From Candidatus Limnocylindrales bacterium (GTDB lineage Bacteria > Chloroflexota > Limnocylindria > Limnocylindrales > CSP1-4), in contig DASYTK010000013.1 of NCBI GenBank assembly GCA_036002405.1, positions 3,459 through 67,458 on the forward strand: a stretch of DNA of 64,000 nt, given 5' to 3'. The position numbers and the translations under genes were made by a program. Under the pieces are notes generated by a model. It saw nothing but the letters and a program-made list of their open reading frames with translations. It was not told where the DNA came from and ran no database searches. Shown piece by piece: positions 28,528-36,761 of this stretch (its first letter is position 1; each line of letters opens with the position of its first letter).

Positions 28528-29126
28528 CCCGCCCCTTCGTCGGCCGCCCGCGCGAGGGGTCGGACCGCCTCCATCGTCCGAGCGTCGATCTCCCGTGCCT
28601 CCTTGAGGTAGGCCCGATTCACGAGCACCAGGTCGTTCGCCGGGATCGGGAGCGGCTGCCGATCGAGGAATGCGACGGCTCCTCCCACCGGGATGAAGAG
28701 CTCCGGGTGGTGGGCGAGGAGTGCGTCGGCGTCGTCACCCGGCCGGACCCGCACGGTCCCCACGACCCGCAGCGGCGGGCAGTGGAGGACGACGTCCAGG
28801 GGGACGACGGCGCCCCGCACGAGCTCGTTCCGCGATCCCGACTCGGCCGGGACGGCAAGGGCCACGACGAGATCGTAGGGATCGATGCTGCGCAGCCCGG
28901 GGGCGGGCTCCAGCGGCTCTGAGCCGTCGACCGGGCCCCAGCGCACGCCGGCGATCGGGATCGGAGCGCGCCGGTTCAAAGCATCCCAGGCGCGACCCTC
29001 GATCTCCATCACCCCCTCGATGCGCCACTCGTCGGTGAAGCCGACGAACGGGATGCCGTCGGGCAGGGAGGTCGCCTCGGGGACGGACCGCGGGGCGCCG
29101 CGGCGCCGGAAGAGATCGAAGGGCAC
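28524..29126 (-). CDS. hypothetical protein (200 aa)
   Basis: Clean ORF with no recognisable motif. Confidence 0.4.
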   Translation of the reverse strand: MPFDLFRRRGAPRSVPEATSLPDGIPFVGFTDEWRIEGVMEIEGRAWDALNRRAPIPIAGVRWGPVDGSEPLEPAPGLRSIDPYDLVVALAVPAESGSRNELVRGAVVPLDVVLHCPPLRVVGTVRVRPGDDADALLAHHPELFIPVGGAVAFLDRQPLPIPANDLVLVNRAYLKEAREIDARTMEAVRPLARAADEGAG

Positions 29127-29138
29127 GCCGGGGCCGGC

Positions 29139-29414
29139 TCAGTCTTCCTCGGCCGCCCCGCTGCGCTCCCGGATCGTCTCGACGACGCTGGTGTCCGCCA
29201 GCGTCGTCGTGTCACCGAGCGTGCGGCCATCGGCGATGTCGCGCAGGAGCCGGCCCATGATCTTGCCGGAGCGGGTCTTCGGCAAATCCGGGCTGTGGGC
29301 AAAGGGGAGGTCCCAATCGAGCGTCCGCTCGAACGGCTTGCGCCAGAGCAACCAGTCACGCCCCAGCCGCTCGGCCAGGAGGGCCTCGCTCTCCGGGCGC
29401 TGCTCGACGGTCAC
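29139..29414 (-). pseudogene. remnant of the 3' end of an acetyl-CoA synthetase (AMP-forming) gene
   Basis: The ORF ends ...[39 protein letters not shown], matching the extreme C-terminus of Acs ([18 protein letters not shown]...GDTSTLADPSVV). No upstream adenylation domain is present. Confidence 0.45.
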
Positions 29415-29487
29415 GGCTTCCTCCCTCTGCGTTCGTGTGCGGATTGTAGGCCGGACCCCGAGCTCTCCAGACCGGCCTCGCGGCGCA

Positions 29488-30345
29488 TCAGCCAGCCAGT
29501 CGGATCCCCTGCTCGGCGAACGCGGCCAGGATCCGACGTCGGACCTCCCCCGCGGCCGCCCACCGATCGGGGGCGGCAACCGTGCCCAGGATCTTCAGAG
29601 TGACGCCCGTGCCGGTGATCGACTCGATCCTGTCGACCCGAGGCGGCTCGAGGACGCGCTTCTCCCAGCTTGAGTCGGCGGCCATCGCCCGGCCGACCTC
29701 ATCGATCGCGGCCGTGGCCTTCTCGAGGTCCGTGTCGACCGCGACCGTGACGTCGATGTTGATCCGGGCCCAGATGCGGGTCAGGTTGCTGGCCACGCCG
29801 ATCAAGCCGTTCGGGACGGTGTGGAGGGTGCCATCCATATCCCGCAGCGCCGTCCTCCGGAGCGTGAAGTCCTCGACCGCCCCGGTGACCTCGGAGATGC
29901 GGACGACGTCCCCGACGGAGAACTGGTTCTCCACGAGGATGAAGGCGCCCGCGATGTAATCGCGGACGAGACTCTGGGCACCCAGGCCCAGGGCGAGCCC
30001 GAAGATCCCCAGTCCGGCGATCGCCGGCCCGATGTCGAGCTCGAGCGTCCGCAGGGCCATGAGCACGGCGATGACGACGATGATCGTCCGCGCCAGGGCG
30101 TTGCCCAGGCTGACCAGGGTCCGGCGCCGCTTCTCCAGCTCAGCCTTCGAGAGCTCCTGCGCCGTCCCCTCGAGCGCCTCTCGATCGAGGAGGGCACGCA
30201 CCAGGCCCCTGACCGCGAGGTCCGCGCCCCGCAGGGCGACGACGGTCACGACGAAGATCACGAGAAGCTGGACGACCGCACCGGTGGCCGTCTCGAGGAG
30301 ATCGACGAGCCGGATCGCGCGGAGCCGCTCGACCAGCTCGTCCAC
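29488..30345 (-). CDS. small-conductance mechanosensitive channel (MscS family)
   Basis: Three TM helices followed by the MscS beta-domain ([40 protein letters not shown]). Confidence 0.8.
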   Translation of the reverse strand: MDELVERLRAIRLVDLLETATGAVVQLLVIFVVTVVALRGADLAVRGLVRALLDREALEGTAQELSKAELEKRRRTLVSLGNALARTIIVVIAVLMALRTLELDIGPAIAGLGIFGLALGLGAQSLVRDYIAGAFILVENQFSVGDVVRISEVTGAVEDFTLRRTALRDMDGTLHTVPNGLIGVASNLTRIWARINIDVTVAVDTDLEKATAAIDEVGRAMAADSSWEKRVLEPPRVDRIESITGTGVTLKILGTVAAPDRWAAAGEVRRRILAAFAEQGIRLAG

Positions 30346-30392
30346 GCTCCTAGCCTAGCGACTTCGAAGGGCGCGCCTGGGGCTTCGTGGGG

Positions 30393-31739
30393 CTAGTCGG
30401 CGGTCGTGGCGCGCGCCTCGAGGGCAGCGCCGAGGGCATCGGCGAAGATCGACACGACCCGCTCGACGTCGTCGCCGCCGGCGTGGGCCTCACAGACGAA
30501 CCAGGGCTCGCGTGAGTCGGGCTCGGGCATCGCGCCGCGCTCGATCATGCCCTGGGCGACGGTGTCATAGAGCTCGTGGTCCGTGTCGGCCCAGCCTCGG
30601 TAGTCGTCCGGGATCCGCTCGGCGAACATGATCCCGAACATCGAGGGATGTCCGGTGAAGACGAAGGGCAGGCCGCGCCCGGACACGACCTCGGCGACTC
30701 CTCGCTGGATCGTCTCGCCGATCGCCCGGATCGTTGCCAGGACCGGCGTGTCGCGGATGATCTCGAGCGTCCGCACGGCCGCTGCGGCGGCGACCCGGTT
30801 CCCGGCGTAGGTCCCGCCGTGGCTGACGTGATCGGGCAGGACGCTCATGATCTCGCGTTTTCCGCCGAAAGCGGCCGCCGGGTAGCCGTTGCCCAGCGCC
30901 TTCGCGTAGGTCGCCAGGTCGGGCGTGATCCCAAACGCCTCGGCCGCCCCGCCAGGGGCGAGCCGGAAGCCGGTCTTGACCTCGTCGAAGATGAGGATCG
31001 AGCCGAATTCCTGCGTCATCGCCCGCACGCCGTCGAGGAATCCGGGCGCGGGGAGAATGCCCTGGGCATTCCCCAGGATCGGCTCGATGAGCACCGCCGC
31101 GATCCGCTCGCCGTCCCGCTCGAAGACCCGGCGAAGGGTCGCCAGGTCGTTGTACGGGACCGGGATCACCGTCTCCATGATCGCCTTCGGGATGCCTCGC
31201 CCCCAGGCCAGGCGGACCGGGTTGTCGCGCTCGCCCAGGTCGCCCACGTCGTTCGGGAGGACGCTGATGAGCGCGTAATCGTGGATGCCGTGGTACTGGC
31301 CCTCGAACTTCACGATCAGGTCACGGCCGGTGTAGCCGCGCGCCACGCGGATCGCGTGCATCGTTGCCTCGGTGCCGGACACGGTCAGCCTGGCCATCTC
31401 GCAGAACGTCAGCTCGCAGATGAGCTCGCAGGCCGCGACCTCGTCCTCCGTGGTCAGCGAGAAGCTCACCCCCTGGCGCATCCGGTCGGCGACGTGGTCG
31501 TCCACCCGGGGATCTGCGTGGCCCAGGATGGCCGGCCCGTAGCCGAGCCGGAGATCGATGAACTCGTTGCCGTCGACGTCCCAGACGTGGCCCCCCTTCC
31601 CACGGTCGATGTAGATCGTCGCCTCGCCCCAGGCGCGGAAGTTCGAGTCGGTCCCGCCGGGCATCGTGCGCGTCGCCCGGCGGTAGATCTCGAGCTGCCG
31701 GTCGCGACGAAGCGTCCGAGAGGTGCGTGGGATCGCCAT
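30393..31739 (-). CDS. class-III PLP-dependent aminotransferase (glutamate-1-semialdehyde aminomutase-like)
   Basis: Motifs FSLTTEDEVAACE, LIFDEVKTGFR (PLP-binding Lys) and ATYAKALGNG. ATG at 31739. Confidence 0.75.
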   Translation of the reverse strand: MAIPRTSRTLRRDRQLEIYRRATRTMPGGTDSNFRAWGEATIYIDRGKGGHVWDVDGNEFIDLRLGYGPAILGHADPRVDDHVADRMRQGVSFSLTTEDEVAACELICELTFCEMARLTVSGTEATMHAIRVARGYTGRDLIVKFEGQYHGIHDYALISVLPNDVGDLGERDNPVRLAWGRGIPKAIMETVIPVPYNDLATLRRVFERDGERIAAVLIEPILGNAQGILPAPGFLDGVRAMTQEFGSILIFDEVKTGFRLAPGGAAEAFGITPDLATYAKALGNGYPAAAFGGKREIMSVLPDHVSHGGTYAGNRVAAAAAVRTLEIIRDTPVLATIRAIGETIQRGVAEVVSGRGLPFVFTGHPSMFGIMFAERIPDDYRGWADTDHELYDTVAQGMIERGAMPEPDSREPWFVCEAHAGGDDVERVVSIFADALGAALEARATTAD

Positions 31740-31970
31740 GTCCCTCCCTGCCTGGCTGTGCTGGGTGCTTCGCACGACGAGATTCGCGCAAAACCCGCAA
31801 AGATCGTGCGAATCACGCCGCTCGCGAGTCCGAGCGGAGTGTACTCCGCCAATCCGGCATGGAGGAGCACCGTCCGCGATGGGGCGGTGCTCCGCGAGGG
31901 GCGGGGCCGCTAGTCGCTCACTTGTCCCACCAGCGCTCGACGCTGTCCCTGTCGCGCTCCCGCCCGAAGA

Positions 31971-33476
31971 TCACGAACCGGGGCTGAGCGTTTCCGAGGC
32001 CGGGTTGCTCGGTGTGGCCGGAGGCAACCCAGGCGGTGCCCGAAGGGCGGAAGGTCCGGACCCGGCTGTAGTCGCCCCACACGTTCCCCTCGGGCCCCGC
32101 CGTGCTGGAGTTGGCGACATGGAGGTCCCAGGGCGCCGGAACCCCATTTGAAGTCGTCGTCGCGCCCGACCACCATGTCCGGGTAGGTGCTGGGGGTGAA
32201 ATAGCATGATGGGTTGGCCCTGGAGGCTGAGGCCAGCCTCGCGGAACGTTGCAGAGTCGATGTAGGGGTAGGTGAACCCGCCGCCCTCCTTGACGTTCCA
32301 GAAGAAGCCGATCTCTCGGTAGCCTCCGACCGAGCGGATCCAGGCTCCGGTGATCGTCTGGTCGGCGCGCTCGCAGGGGTCGCTGGCGCCGAGAATCGGG
32401 CAGTTGCCGTTCCGGTTCGTGAACGTCCAGGCCGCCACCGTCCGGTCGACGTAGGTGAGGGGCGAAGCGCCCTGGGCGTTCTTGTAGATCCGGATCGTGC
32501 CGGCGCCCGCGTTGTACGTGTCACCCATGTAGAAGGCCGTATCGGAGCCCTCCACGCCGGACCAGCTCCAGCCGGTCGTGACGGACCAGTACGTGGCGCT
32601 CGCCGCCCCGCAGTTTCGGAGGGTCTGCAGGTTGTATCGAAGGAGGACCATCCGGTCGAACACGCCCGCCGTCGTGAAGAGGTTCGTCGTGATCAGCAGG
32701 TTGTTGTTCTGGAGGTGAAGACGCGGGTAGTCCCACCAGCGGTTCGTCCAGGTCCCGTCCACGTTGGTGGGCGCCACCGTGTACATGCACCACGTCGCTC
32801 CGCCATCGAGGGAAGCCCCGAGCTTGAAGACGTTCTGCGTGCCGCCGACCGGGACGAGCCCCTGGCGGTACCACAGGTGCATGTCCCGAGCCGGGTCGTA
32901 GATCGTGTCCTGGTCGCAGCAGAAATCGGCGAAGTCGGCGTACGGGTCCGTGTACGACCACGACTGGCCGCCGTCGATCGAGCGCGCGGCGTACCAGTTG
33001 TGCGTGTACCAGACGAACTTCCCGCTCTGCGACACCGCAGGCTCGTTGATACTCGAGCTGTATCCACCCGGCGGCGCAAGCGTCGTGTTACGGAAGATCG
33101 TCAAGGTCCCGGGGGCGCTGGGTCGCCGGAGCGATGTTTCGGTGCCCGGCCTGGGGCCGGTGACCGCGCCCGGCGACTGCGGCTCGCGCGCCGCCCAGGC
33201 TTCTTGAGAGCGCTGCATGTGGGCACGGCTGTTGCGGAGCTGCGCAGCCGTCGGGCGCCGTGGCTGGGCGGAGAACCGAGCCTGAAGGAGCTGTGGCCGC
33301 ACCGTGGCGCTCTGCCTCCCCGCGATCGAGCCGTCCCAGACGACCTCTTCATCAGGCGCGCTCGGCGGAGCCGTGCCGCCCCCGGTGAGACCCCCTGCAG
33401 CCAGCGCGAGCGGCACGACGACGATCAAGCCGAACCACGGCGTCGCGCGCCGATCGATCGCGAATAGTCGGTCCAT
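31971..33476 (-). CDS. secreted BNR/Asp-box repeat (sialidase-fold) protein; C-terminal ~90 codons disrupted by apparent frameshifts
   Basis: Signal peptide MDRLFAIDRRATPWFGLIVVVPLALAAGG. Asp-box repeats SIDGGQSWS and SLDGGATWC. After about 32.2 kb the protein-like sequence continues in the other two frames to TGA at about 31918. Confidence 0.55.
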   Translation of the reverse strand: MDRLFAIDRRATPWFGLIVVVPLALAAGGLTGGGTAPPSAPDEEVVWDGSIAGRQSATVRPQLLQARFSAQPRRPTAAQLRNSRAHMQRSQEAWAAREPQSPGAVTGPRPGTETSLRRPSAPGTLTIFRNTTLAPPGGYSSSINEPAVSQSGKFVWYTHNWYAARSIDGGQSWSYTDPYADFADFCCDQDTIYDPARDMHLWYRQGLVPVGGTQNVFKLGASLDGGATWCMYTVAPTNVDGTWTNRWWDYPRLHLQNNNLLITTNLFTTAGVFDRMVLLRYNLQTLRNCGAASATYWSVTTGWSWSGVEGSDTAFYMGDTYNAGAGTIRIYKNAQGASPLTYVDRTVAAWTFTNRNGNCPILGASDPCERADQTITGAWIRSVGGYREIGFFWNVKEGGGFTYPYIDSATFREAGLSLQGQPIMLFHPQHLPGHGGRARRRLQMGFRRPGTSMSPTPARRGPRGTCGATTAGSGPSALRAPPGLPPATPSNPASETLSPGS

Positions 33477-33506
33477 CTCCCTCTCCCTCTCCCTCTCCCT
33501 CAGCGA
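33477..33506 (-). repeat. hexanucleotide microsatellite (AGGGAG)5 on the coding strand, directly abutting the ATG of the BNR gene
   Basis: The plus strand reads ctccct x5 at 33477-33506. On the minus strand this gives five overlapping Shine-Dalgarno-like AGGGAG units immediately 5' of ATG. Confidence 0.9.
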
Positions 33507-33612
33507 TTGGGCCATGCGGCTCGGGCGGGCGGGGCGTGGGTACCCGCGATCGACGGGCCGCTGTGTAGCGACCCCGGCGGATCGAACGGGAGCCGCGACC
33601 CCCTCGAGCGCG

Positions 33613-34983
33613 ATGGGCGTAGTCTGCGTCCACGCCCTCGGCCGCGCGGCCCGGATCCGCACACCTGGGGGAGGAGGCACGCCCGTCGTCACCCCCATCT
33701 CGTCCCCGCTGGCCTTCGACGTGGAGGTGGTCCGGGCCCATTTCCCCGCCCTCGCGGTCGAGCACGATGGGCGTCCCGTCGTCCGCCTGGACGGGCCGGG
33801 CGGGACGCAGGTCCCGCGCCAGACGATCGAGGCCATCGCGGGCTACCTCGGCCGGGACAACGCGAACACGTACGGGCGGTTCGCGGCGAGCGAGGCAACG
33901 GACGCCCTCCTCGCGGAGGTCCGCCAGGCTACGGCCGACTTCCTCGGCGCGGGCGATCCGGGCGAGATCGCGTTCGGGGCGAACATGACGACACTCGCCT
34001 TCGGTCTCTCCCGGGCGCTCGGGCCGACGCTCCGGCGCGGCGACGAGATCGTCGTCACGCGGCTCGACCACGACGCGAACGTCGCGCCGTGGCTCCGGCT
34101 CGCCGAGGAGCAGGGCGCGGTCGTACGCTGGGTCGACGTCAAGCTCGATGACTGCACGCTCGACCTGGCCGGCCTGGAGCGGCAGCTCGGGCGGCGGACC
34201 CGGCTCGTGGCGGTGGGTCTCGCCTCGAACGCGGTCGGCACGATCAACGACGTCGCCCGGATCGCGGCGCTCGCTCACGACGCCGGGGCCTGGTGCGTCG
34301 TCGACGCGGTCCACGCCTGTCCGCACCTGCCGGTCGACGTCGCGGCGCTGGGCGCGGACCTGCTTCTCTGCTCGCCCTACAAGTTCTTCGGCCCTCACCT
34401 CGGGGTGCTCTGGGGTCGCCGGGAGCTGCTCGAGCGACTGCCCGTCGCGAAGGTACGCCCTGCACCCGACGGGCTTCCGGGCCGCTGGGAGACGGGCACC
34501 GGGAACCACGAGGCGCTGGCAGGCCTGCTCGGAACGTTCGCCTATCTCGAGTGGCTCGGCGCGGAGTGGGGCGGGGAGCGGAGCGGGCCTCATGGGCCAA
34601 CGGGGCGTCGGGCCCGGCTGGTGGCGGCGATGCGCGCGATCCGCGCCTACGAGGGCTCCCTGGTGCCCGGCCTGATCGAGGGGCTGGGCGCCGTCCGCGG
34701 CCTGCGCATCCGCGGGATCACCGACGCAGCCCGGCTGGACGAGCGGTGTCCCACCGTGGCCTTCACGCTGGACGGCCACCACCCGGCCGAGATCTCGGCC
34801 TCCCTCGGAAGGCTCGGGATTGCGACCTGGGACGGCGACTACTACGCCTATGAGCTGGTCGGGGCGCTCGGGCTGGCGGAAACGGGCGGGATGGTCCGCG
34901 TCGGGCTGGTCCACTACAACACGGCCGAGGAAGTCGAGCGGCTCGTCGATGCCCTCGAGCAGCTGAGCAGGCCGAGAGCCTAG
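33613..34983 (+). CDS. class-V aminotransferase / cysteine desulfurase-like protein
   Basis: Fold-type I class V pattern (AFDVEVVRAHFPAL..., HDAGAWCVVDAVHA, SPYKFFGPHLGVLWG). ATG at 33613. Confidence 0.7.
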   Translation: MGVVCVHALGRAARIRTPGGGGTPVVTPISSPLAFDVEVVRAHFPALAVEHDGRPVVRLDGPGGTQVPRQTIEAIAGYLGRDNANTYGRFAASEATDALLAEVRQATADFLGAGDPGEIAFGANMTTLAFGLSRALGPTLRRGDEIVVTRLDHDANVAPWLRLAEEQGAVVRWVDVKLDDCTLDLAGLERQLGRRTRLVAVGLASNAVGTINDVARIAALAHDAGAWCVVDAVHACPHLPVDVAALGADLLLCSPYKFFGPHLGVLWGRRELLERLPVAKVRPAPDGLPGRWETGTGNHEALAGLLGTFAYLEWLGAEWGGERSGPHGPTGRRARLVAAMRAIRAYEGSLVPGLIEGLGAVRGLRIRGITDAARLDERCPTVAFTLDGHHPAEISASLGRLGIATWDGDYYAYELVGALGLAETGGMVRVGLVHYNTAEEVERLVDALEQLSRPRA

Positions 34984-36761
34984 GCCCCCCTGGCAGCCGC
35001 CGCCCGACTGGGGCCCGCGGACTGGCGGGCGTTCGCCTCGGTGGCGAGCCAGCGCGGCAGCTCGCGACGGAGCGTCGCGAGGGGCACGGCGCCATGCCCC
35101 AGGAGCGCGTCGTGGAAGGACCGGAGGTCGAAGTCCCGACCGGCCCGCTCGGCGAGCTCTCGGCGGAGGGCGCCGATCTCGCGCTGGCCGACCATGTAGG
35201 CCAGGGCCTGGGCCGGCCAGCTGATGTAGCGATCGGTCTCCGTCTCTGCCTCGAGGCGGGAGAGGCCGCTCTGCTCGAGCAGCTGGACGCATCGCTCACG
35301 GTCCCAACGAAAGGCGTGGATGCCGGTGTCGACGACGAGGCGGGCCGCTCGCCAGGCCTGCGCATCGAGCATCCCCCAGCGCTCGCGGGCGTCGGCGTAG
35401 AGGCCCATCTCGTCGGCCAGGCGCTCGCTGTAGAGGCCCCAGCCCTCGCTATACGCCACGCCCGCGAGGCGGGAGCCGTGGCGCCGGAAGGGATGAAGAT
35501 CCTCCAGCTCGCCCTCGATCGCGATCTGGAAGTGGTGCCCGGGGACGGCCTCGTGGAACGTCCGTGCCGCGAGCTGATGGAGCGGCCGGCTCTCCGGCCG
35601 GTACGTGTTGACGTAGTAGATGCCCGGCCGCGACCGGTCGGCGGTGGGCGGCAGGTAGAAGGCTGGCGGCGCCTCCTGTTCCTGAAACGGCTCCACGGCC
35701 CGGACCACGCATGCGGCGCGCGGCTGTCTACCGAACCAGCCCGGCGCCGCCGCCACGGCCCGCTCGATCTGGGCCTCGGCCAGGGCGACGATACCTTTCG
35801 GCAACTCGGCGTAGTTGTGCGGGTCGGAATCGAGCGAACGCCGCACGGCGGCCGCGTCCCGGTAACCAAGTTCGGCTGCGATCACCGCTCGCTCCTGGTC
35901 GATCGCCTCGAGCTGGCGCAGGCCGAACTCATGGAGATCCTGGGGATCGGCGTCGAGCGTGGTCCAGGCGAGGATGGCGGTGCGGTAGATCGCCTCGCCG
36001 TCGGCGAGCGCCCAGAGGCCGTCGCCGGACCGGGCATGAGGCGCATACGTCTCGAGCCTCTCGAGGAAATGGGCGAGCGCGGGACGGACCGTCCGCTCGA
36101 GCGTCTGTCGGAGGCGCCCGCGCTGGGGCTCGTCCAGGCTCGCCGCGAGGGCAACCAGGAGCGGCGCCTCGTCGACGGGCGTCTCGACCGCCCGGCGCGT
36201 CTGCTCGATGACCCGCGCGATCACCGGCGCCGCCGCCGTCCGCGCCTCGGACACGCCCTCGTCGAGGTTCGACTCGTGCGCCTGGAGGTAGGCCGGCAGG
36301 CGCTCGAGGCGGGCGATCAGGCGGTCGAACCGCTCGGGCGTATCGGCCCGCTGGATCCTGGCCAGATCCCCTGGCAGGGTCTGCGGCCCGTTGAACTGGT
36401 CGATGGGCGCAAGCTGCCAGACCCGGTGTCCGAGCTGGGCGAGGCCGATCCGTGCGACGACGCCCAGCATGTCGAGGGTGACCCGGTCGTCCTCGCCCAG
36501 GGACTCCTCGTCGATCGCGGCCGCTCCCTCGAGCACCTCCCGATAGGCGGCCTCGTCCGCGGCGCGACCCGCTGGACCCGGATCGTCGAGGCGGTCGTCG
36601 TAGCGCTCGTCGCCGAGGAAGGTCGCATAGAGCGGCTGGCGCTCGAGGAACCCCTCCCAGAAGCGGTCGGCAAGCTCCCCGACCGCCTTGGCCGCAGTGG
36701 GTTTCGATTCCTCGGGACGCGCCTGGGCCGTCCCGAGGCCCGCGCTTCGCGGGTCGCTCAC
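34980..36761 (-). CDS. DUF885-family protein (metallopeptidase-like HExxH-variant fold)
   Basis: Characteristic [10 protein letters not shown] block and overall family size. Its start overlaps the stop of the upstream 945-aa gene by 4 nt. Confidence 0.7.
   Translation of the reverse strand: MSDPRSAGLGTAQARPEESKPTAAKAVGELADRFWEGFLERQPLYATFLGDERYDDRLDDPGPAGRAADEAAYREVLEGAAAIDEESLGEDDRVTLDMLGVVARIGLAQLGHRVWQLAPIDQFNGPQTLPGDLARIQRADTPERFDRLIARLERLPAYLQAHESNLDEGVSEARTAAAPVIARVIEQTRRAVETPVDEAPLLVALAASLDEPQRGRLRQTLERTVRPALAHFLERLETYAPHARSGDGLWALADGEAIYRTAILAWTTLDADPQDLHEFGLRQLEAIDQERAVIAAELGYRDAAAVRRSLDSDPHNYAELPKGIVALAEAQIERAVAAAPGWFGRQPRAACVVRAVEPFQEQEAPPAFYLPPTADRSRPGIYYVNTYRPESRPLHQLAARTFHEAVPGHHFQIAIEGELEDLHPFRRHGSRLAGVAYSEGWGLYSERLADEMGLYADARERWGMLDAQAWRAARLVVDTGIHAFRWDRERCVQLLEQSGLSRLEAETETDRYISWPAQALAYMVGQREIGALRRELAERAGRDFDLRSFHDALLGHGAVPLATLRRELPRWLATEANARQSAGPSRAAAARGA

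Noticed and set aside
33352-35292. 646-aa minus-strand ORF across the cysteine-desulfurase/DUF885 junction
   Set aside because: It spans two well-supported genes on opposite strands and is Arg/Pro-rich low complexity.
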